Source of the DNA: Octopus bimaculoides
Lineage: Eukaryota
Length of the DNA stretch: 41,801 nucleotides
Assembly: GCF_001194135.2 (NCBI RefSeq)
Contig: NC_068989.1
Span: 5,498,610-5,540,410, forward strand
Direction: 5' to 3'
In this document: positions 35,460 through 41,801 of the stretch, piece after piece
How positions within the stretch are numbered: the stretch's first letter is position 1
Layout: each line of letters starts with the position of its first letter
The notes under the pieces: generated by a model
What the model saw: the letters and a program-made list of their open reading frames with translations, nothing else
What the model was told of the DNA's origin: nothing
The model's database searches: none
Position numbers and translations under genes: made by a program

Positions 35460-35625
35460 CTATATATACAACGAGCTTCACTTTCCGTCAACCAAATCCA
35501 CTAACAAGGCTTTGGTCGGCTCGAGGCTATAGTAGACAACACTTGCCCAAGGTGCCACGCAGTGGGCTTGAACCTGGGACCGTGTGGTTGGGAAGCAAGC
35601 TTCTTACTACACAGGTACTTCCGCG
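35215..35625 (-). mobile_element. SINE family B, near full length with (CA)n
   Basis: Tail TTTGTTTCAGTCATTTGAGCACTGCC at left; head CCCAAGGTGCCACGCAGTGGG...CTTCTTACTACACAG at right. Confidence 0.85.
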
Positions 35626-35626
35626 C

Positions 35627-35674
<48 letters not shown>

Positions 35675-36048
35675 AGTATGAATGTGTTTGTCTGTGTGTT
35701 TGTGTGCGTGTCTATTTGTCCATGCCAATATGTGAACGTAGCCCGTATGTCGGAACGCAGTATGTGATCGTGTCTTAAACGGATGGTCGAATTCGTATAG
35801 AATATGCCAGCCACTGCATGTTAGCGTCTGTACGTACCTGTATATTTGTTTATCTGGAAAATTTTGCAGTTGGTTTGTTGGCAGGCTCTAAGACAAACCA
35901 GAGTGAATTTATTGCAGGCTGATGCCAACAACGCTTGTTAGTTTGTCGATGTTTCTCACGTGATGAAGAAATGCTCCACGAATATTGGATGTTAATAAAT
36001 AACAGGAATAATACACTTGATGTTCTATAATAAAGGGAAACAATAGCT

Positions 36049-36115
<67 letters not shown>

Positions 36116-36367
36116 NNNNNNNNNNNNNNNNNNNNNNNNNNNNNNNNNNNNNNNNNNNNNNNNNNNNNNNNNNNNNNNNNNNNNNNNNNNNNNNNNNNNN
36201 NNNNNNNNNNNNNNNNNNNNNNNNNNNNNNNNNNNNNNNNNNNNNNNNNNNNNNNNNNNNNNNNNNNNNNNNNNNNNNNNNNNNNNNNNNNNNNNNNNNN
36301 NNNNNNNNNNNNNNNNNNNNNNNNNNNNNNNNNNNNNNNNNNNNNNNNNNNNNNNNNNNNNNNNNNN

Positions 36368-36444
<77 letters not shown>

Positions 36445-36589
36445 ACCATAGATAGAAATATGCGTGTGTGTGTGCATCCATCATGCACATATACACGTGT
36501 ATGTGCTGCGTGTATATATGTGCCTGTCTATTTATATCTCTATCTATCTATAGATAGATAGAGAGATAGACTGACAGACGGACAGATAT

Positions 36590-36862
36590 CACGGTATCGA
36601 CCAGACTATCGGACATCGCTGATCACAATACACTTCGCATTGTTTTAACTTTCGAACGGTACCACCCTGCTGGCTAGGTGGGCAGGCTAACATTCCACCT
36701 GACTGGAAGGCTACTCTGTCACAGTGTGACGCGTTTACAGATGATTGGACTGAAGAAATGAAGTGTTTTGCTCAAGGGCTCAAAGTCCGGTCCGGGAATC
36801 GAAACCAAAACCACGCCCTTGCGATCGTGATCAGGGCCCTCTAACCACTCTGCCACGCACCT
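36590..36862 (-). mobile_element. tRNA-derived SINE family E
   Basis: Minus strand: GGTGCGTGGCAGAGTGGTTAGAG (A box), GGTTTCGATTCCC (B box), then CCCTTGAGCAAAACACTTCATTTC, a motif resembling central domains of metazoan SINE superfamilies. Confidence 0.7.
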
Positions 36863-36942
<80 letters not shown>

Positions 36943-37415
36943 TAGGCGAGAAGAAAATGGAGGACAAATAACAAACAGAAGTGTATCTTTTGCGCTAGTA
37001 AGCCGTTATTTAATTCGTAAATAAAGTTGAGAGTGAGAGTGAAGTTGTTTACGATCGTTGCTGTTTAACCTTGGTGAGGAAAATGTATATTATATTGTTG
37101 CCTCATTGCTAATGGTAGACATCGTCAGAACGAAGAAGTCAGAGGTAGAGAGAAGAAGAGCGAAAGATCAATGGTTACGTCGGGAAAGAGAAGGTCGAAG
37201 GTTCGAGGTGGATGAAGAACATGCGTGTATGTATGATGTTAAATTTATACTGGTCCTCTGTCTGTCACTATACATGTATGCATATGTGTGCGTAGGATAT
37301 GTTTATAAATACATATATATATTATACTATATTACATAACATTATATATTGCATATATATATCCTATATATTGATGAGCATGTACATGGCTACATTCTAA
37401 TTTTTCAGGCTGTGT

Positions 37416-37472
37416 ATGCCTTTGAAAGATTCATGGATGTCTCGGCGTCGCCACTTCTCTCAGTCAATGTCG
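37416..37472 (+). CDS. Probable first coding exon of the NTPDase gene (exon 37409-37472; MPLKDSWMSRRRHFSQSMS)
   Basis: Isolated non-repetitive 64-nt segment with acceptor TTCTAATTTTTCAG (ends 37408) and donor CG|GTAAGC (37473). ATG 37416 to 37472 is 57 nt (phase 0), which joins in frame to the phase-0 acceptor at 40688 and places a basic stretch before the hydrophobic segment. Confidence 0.7.
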
Positions 37473-37585
37473 GTAAGCAAACCATCTTCTAAGTTTTACA
37501 TATTTTACATATTTCTTTTAATAATATTGTTGTCAGCCATGACCATGATCATCACCATCATCATCATCATCATTATATTCATTTA

Positions 37586-38017
37586 GGGCGGCGAGCTGGC
37601 AGAAACGGTAGCACGCCGGGCGAAATGCTTGTGGTATTTCGTCTGCCATTACGTTCTCAGTTCAAATTCCGCCGAGGTCGACTTTGCCTTTCATCCTTTC
37701 AGGGTCGATTAAATAAGTACCAGTTACGCACTGGGGTCGATGTAATCGACTTAATCCCTTTGTCTGTCCTTGTTTGTCCCCTCTATGTTTAGCCCCTTGT
37801 GGGCAATAAAGTAATATGAACCGTTACCCCGCCGGGCGAAATGCTTAGCTGTATTTCGTCTGCCGTTACGTTCTGAGTTCAAATTCCGCCGAGGTCGACT
37901 TTGCCTTTCATCCTTTCGGGGGTCGATTAAATAAGTACCAATCACGCACTGGGGGTCGATCTAATCGACTTAATCCCTTTGTCTGTCCTTGTTTGTCCCC
38001 TCTATGTTTAGCCCCTT
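37586..38017 (+). mobile_element. Head-to-tail tandem SINE family A pair (tail A1)
   Basis: Full copy 37586-37815 and 5'-truncated copy about 37829-38017, both ending in AATCCCTTTGTCTGTCCTTGTTTGTCCCCTCTATGTTTAGCCCCTT. Confidence 0.9.
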
Positions 38018-38034
38018 CATTGTCGTCGTTGCAT

Positions 38035-38450
38035 TTTTTTTGTATACGATCTGTTCGGAGCAAGTCTCATTCAGAGACCTCAATTAACAGCAAACGAGAT
38101 ATATTACTGTCAATGTTCATAATAATTAGCCATGATATATTGCAGAAGGAAGAGACTAAATTCGTGCAATTACAATGTCGGTAAAAGTTTCTTGTAGTAT
38201 CTGTGATTTTGAAAGAGTTTAAAAGAATCAGCATTTCTCAAGACGTCAGTGTCTTTCTTGAGATGTGGGATATTTTCATTAGAACGATCCTTTGTAGTTC
38301 TCGTCCCTCTAAGTTTCCTAGCATTTGGTCATTAGTGTTTCAGAACATCATTTGGCATTATCCCGAAAAGAGCGATGGTTACAAGAACAATTACTCTTTT
38401 CAGATGTCACACTTTTGAGACCCTTATTTAATACCTTTGGACTTAGTAAT
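38035..38450 (-). mobile_element. Fossil 3' end of a second RLE-type non-LTR lineage
   Basis: RVSKV*HLKRVIVLVTIALFGIMPNDVLKH / MLGNLEGRELQRIVLMKISHISRKTLTS* (stop at 38238-38240) resembles the RLE C-terminus (..MW.LK...IPVIIGALG.I......LQK.VL....HILRK.L). It is followed by an AT-rich 3' UTR-like stretch. Confidence 0.55.
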
Positions 38451-38513
38451 TCTTCCAAATGTTTTTAACAAACTTGTTGCACTCTATCACTGCTACTGCT
38501 GCTGCTGCTGCTG

Positions 38514-38514
<1 letters not shown>

Positions 38515-38570
<56 letters not shown>

Positions 38571-38595
38571 GTTGTTGTTGTTGTTATTATTATTA

Positions 38596-38635
<40 letters not shown>

Positions 38636-38645
38636 CATCATTATC
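38515..38645. repeat. (TTA)n/(TTG)n repeat
   Basis: Direct reading. Confidence 0.95.
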
Positions 38646-38649
38646 ATTG

Positions 38650-38711
38650 GGCATAGGAGTGGCTGTGTGATAAGTAGCATGCTTACCAACCACATGGTTC
38701 CGAGTTAAGTC
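38650..38711 (+). mobile_element. SINE family B head running into a gap
   Basis: GGCATAGGAGTGGCTGTGTGATAAGTAGCATGCTTACCAACCACATGGTTCCGAGTTAAGTC. Confidence 0.8.
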
Positions 38712-40163
38712 NNNNNNNNNNNNNNNNNNNNNNNNNNNNNNNNNNNNNNNNNNNNNNNNNNNNNNNNNNNNNNNNNNNNNNNNNNNNNNNNNNNNNNNNN
38801 NNNNNNNNNNNNNNNNNNNNNNNNNNNNNNNNNNNNNNNNNNNNNNNNNNNNNNNNNNNNNNNNNNNNNNNNNNNNNNNNNNNNNNNNNNNNNNNNNNNN
38901 NNNNNNNNNNNNNNNNNNNNNNNNNNNNNNNNNNNNNNNNNNNNNNNNNNNNNNNNNNNNNNNNNNNNNNNNNNNNNNNNNNNNNNNNNNNNNNNNNNNN
39001 NNNNNNNNNNNNNNNNNNNNNNNNNNNNNNNNNNNNNNNNNNNNNNNNNNNNNNNNNNNNNNNNNNNNNNNNNNNNNNNNNNNNNNNNNNNNNNNNNNNN
39101 NNNNNNNNNNNNNNNNNNNNNNNNNNNNNNNNNNNNNNNNNNNNNNNNNNNNNNNNNNNNNNNNNNNNNNNNNNNNNNNNNNNNNNNNNNNNNNNNNNNN
39201 NNNNNNNNNNNNNNNNNNNNNNNNNNNNNNNNNNNNNNNNNNNNNNNNNNNNNNNNNNNNNNNNNNNNNNNNNNNNNNNNNNNNNNNNNNNNNNNNNNNN
39301 NNNNNNNNNNNNNNNNNNNNNNNNNNNNNNNNNNNNNNNNNNNNNNNNNNNNNNNNNNNNNNNNNNNNNNNNNNNNNNNNNNNNNNNNNNNNNNNNNNNN
39401 NNNNNNNNNNNNNNNNNNNNNNNNNNNNNNNNNNNNNNNNNNNNNNNNNNNNNNNNNNNNNNNNNNNNNNNNNNNNNNNNNNNNNNNNNNNNNNNNNNNN
39501 NNNNNNNNNNNNNNNNNNNNNNNNNNNNNNNNNNNNNNNNNNNNNNNNNNNNNNNNNNNNNNNNNNNNNNNNNNNNNNNNNNNNNNNNNNNNNNNNNNNN
39601 NNNNNNNNNNNNNNNNNNNNNNNNNNNNNNNNNNNNNNNNNAAAATCACTTTAGCTTCCCATCTCCTTCTTGACACTTGTGGCAATGCAATAAAATAACC
39701 TAAACATCTGCGCACATTTTAATTATAGCTGCATGCAGAATCCATATTGCATACAAGAGAAGATACGCTCATAGCTATTCTTCTCGTGAAGCTTTTTTTG
39801 CTGTTAACATTTTTTCTTTATTTTATTCTATTTTGTGAACCTATTCACTTCGAAACAAATGCTCTTTCACTGAAGCAGGTCGAAAACCAAGAACGATTTT
39901 ATTTACACAAAAGATGTTTAGCTTCGTGAATACAAGTTACTAACAGTCCTGTTCTTTTATTTGAACCACTTGACTTTTCTAACAAAACACGTACTTTACA
40001 ATGGTTGCTGAAATTGTTGAGGCCAACGTTAAACTGTAACTTTTTTTCTTTTCTTTTCTTTCAAATTTAGAAAATGGCGTCAGACACATGTTTCTCGGTT
40101 TATCGCTTTTGCAGTTTGTTTTCGTTTTCTGATCTTTGTTGTTGTTTCCTTTCTGTTCGTCCT

Positions 40164-40335
40164 TTTCTTCTTCTTCTTCTTCTTCTTCTTCTTCTTCTTC
40201 TTCTTCTTCTCCCCCTCCTCCTCCTCCTCCTTCTCCTCCTCCTTCTTCTTCTTCTTCTTCTTCTTCTTCTTCATTCCTTCTCCTCCTCTTCCTCCCCCTA
40301 CAGCATCATCATCGTCGTCATCATCTTCATCATCC

Positions 40336-40391
<56 letters not shown>

Positions 40392-40392
40392 G
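40164..40392. repeat. (TTC)n/(CCT)n/(CAT)n repeats
   Basis: Direct reading. Confidence 0.95.
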
Positions 40393-40687
40393 CCTTCGTT
40401 TTCTTCATCTTCGGTACCACCCTTATCTATTAAACCATTCGTGTTCTCTCTCCCTCTTTCTCTCCCCCTCTCTCTCCTTCTCTTTCATCCACTCTAACTA
40501 CTCCACCTCTCTCTCTCACTATTATTCCCTCTCTCTCACTCTTTCTCTCCCCCCCCTCTCTCTCTCTCTTTGCTTTTTTTCTCTCTCAACCTTTCTACAC
40601 GACCCGTATATTCCTACGCGTGTCCATGTTCGTTTCTCTTATACTTCCATGTACTCACTCTCCTCTATTTATGTTTTCTATTTCCAG

Positions 40688-41030
40688 CACACACAACTAC
40701 ACACGCTTATCTTCGTCACCTTTATGTGCCTATTCGTCAGGTGTTGCACTAGCGGTGCAACGCCACTCGACTACAAATACAGCGTTTTCATGGACGGGGG
40801 CTCCACAAGTACTAAACTCAGGATATACAAATGGCAGACACCCAGTTTACGAGACGATATACCACACTTCACTCAGATCAGTGTGTCTCGTTATACCCCG
40901 GGTATCAGCGAATACAGTGACAACCTCACAGCTATAGCATCCTATATTCGTCCCATGATTCTCGAGTCGATGGAACTCGTGCCAAAAGATCTCCACAAAA
41001 TAACTCCGATATATTTCATGGCCACAGCTG
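40688..41030 (+). CDS. ENTPD: Coding exon of an ectonucleoside triphosphate diphosphohydrolase / apyrase (GDA1/CD39 family); gene incomplete, continues beyond window
   Basis: Translates HTQLHTLIFVTFMCLFVRCCTSGATPLDYKYSVFMDGGSTSTKLRIYKW...PGISEYSDNLTAIASYIRPMILESMELVPKDLHKITPIYFMATA(G). This contains ACR1 (D-x-G-S-T/S, here DGGSTST), the PGIS motif and ACR2 (TP-x-Y-x-x-ATAG). Acceptor TTTTCTATTTCCAG ends at 40687; donor G|GTATGT at 41031 (phase 1, inside the ACR2 Gly). Paralogue not assignable by eye. Confidence 0.93.
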
Positions 41031-41509
41031 GTATGTGCGTCTGGTTTATTTTATTTTATTTTATTTTTTAATTGTTCATTTATTTCTCCCTTCTCCCTCC
41101 CATCACCACCATCACCACCACCAACATCAACCCAACCACGACCACCACGACCACCACCACTGCCGCCCCCCTCCACCACGACTACTGCTGCCGCCATCAC
41201 CACCACTGCCACTACTACCACCGATTCCACCACCATCACCACCACCACCTGCATCCATCACCATCTTTTTCTTAAGAAAAATATTTTTGCATTTTATTGA
41301 TGGCATCGAAGTTGTTCTTTTCCCCCCCTTACTACTCCGCATCGTACACATCACTGTGTTTATAGCAAAAAAGATTATCATAATTATTTGTACTGTAAAA
41401 GGAAGTACCATAACAAAGGACCGGCGACGCTCAGGAGTACGTACCATTTGATCCATCACAGCTAAACGTGCCCAAACACATTTCTATCAATAATCAGTTA
41501 GAAACGACA

Positions 41510-41724
41510 GAGAAAAGTGGTATAACTGTAAGGCCTGGATTTTCTGGGGAGGGGGACAGTCGATTACATCGAACCCAGTACTTGACCGGTACATAATTTA
41601 TTGACCCCGAAAGGATGAAAGGCCATGTTGACCATGGTGGAATTTGAACTTAGAACTTTTGCGGCAGACGAAATACCGCTAGGTATTTCGCTCGGGGTGT
41701 TAACAATTCTGCCAGCTCACCGCT

Positions 41725-41725
<1 letters not shown>
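41510..41725 (-). mobile_element. SINE family A (tail A2), older copy
   Basis: GTCGATTACATCGAACCCAG...GACCCCGAAAGGATGAAAGGC...GGAATTTGAAC...CAATTCTGCCAGCTCACCGC. Confidence 0.85.

Positions 41726-41726
<1 letters not shown>

Positions 41727-41801
<75 letters not shown>
41727..41801. repeat. (AAT)n repeat to window end
   Basis: Direct reading. Confidence 0.97.

Noticed and set aside
1187-39715. Long ORFs in the track composed of X runs or HT/YI/CV/MYVC repeats
   Set aside because: They are translations of N-gaps and (CA)n, (TA)n and (TATG)n microsatellites, with no coding signal.
40136-40687. N-terminal extension of the 311-aa ORF containing the apyrase exon
   Set aside because: Made of (TTC)/(CCT)/(CAT) repeats and a polypyrimidine tract; it is intron upstream of the 40687 acceptor.
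40733-40746. Alternative acceptor TTCGTCAG|GTGTTG at 40740
   Set aside because: Needs a phase-2 upstream exon. It is out of frame with the phase-0 exon ending 37472, and its pyrimidine tract is weaker than at 40687. Not excluded as a minor isoform.
41031-41071. Reading through ATAG-MCVWF as coding
   Set aside because: GTATGT at 41031 is a donor; the family consensus continues ATAG-MR in the next exon, and the read-through hits T-rich intron.

Overview
Eukaryotic, AT-rich, microsatellite-dense genomic DNA from a gappy short-read assembly (13 N-runs, about 6.2 kb or 15%). The repeat landscape resembles octopus or another coleoid cephalopod; this is inference, no search was run. Nearly all supplied ORFs are artefacts of simple repeats or N-runs. 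One host gene is well supported: a GDA1/CD39-family apyrase (NTPDase) on the + strand. Its exon at 40688-41030 carries apyrase conserved regions 1 and 2, a probable start-codon exon lies at 37409-37472, and the gene continues past the window end. The rest looks intronic or upstream. It holds many tRNA-derived SINEs (several with clear target-site duplications), three fossil RLE-type non-LTR retrotransposons, an RTE fragment, a bipartite RTE-derived element with an internal 19-bp minisatellite, mariner fragments and MITEs, and hAT-like MITEs. The most interesting observations are: (i) a near-consensus recursive-splice-site/RS-exon architecture at 9841-10051 with a second AG|GT site at 10272; (ii) a tRNA-headed SINE carrying a minimal Penelope-type hammerhead ribozyme, with a second such motif at 23307-23343; (iii) a short hydrophobic N-terminus suggesting the apyrase may be secreted; (iv) a near-complete foldback mariner MITE and many inverted SINE pairs that could form dsRNA.
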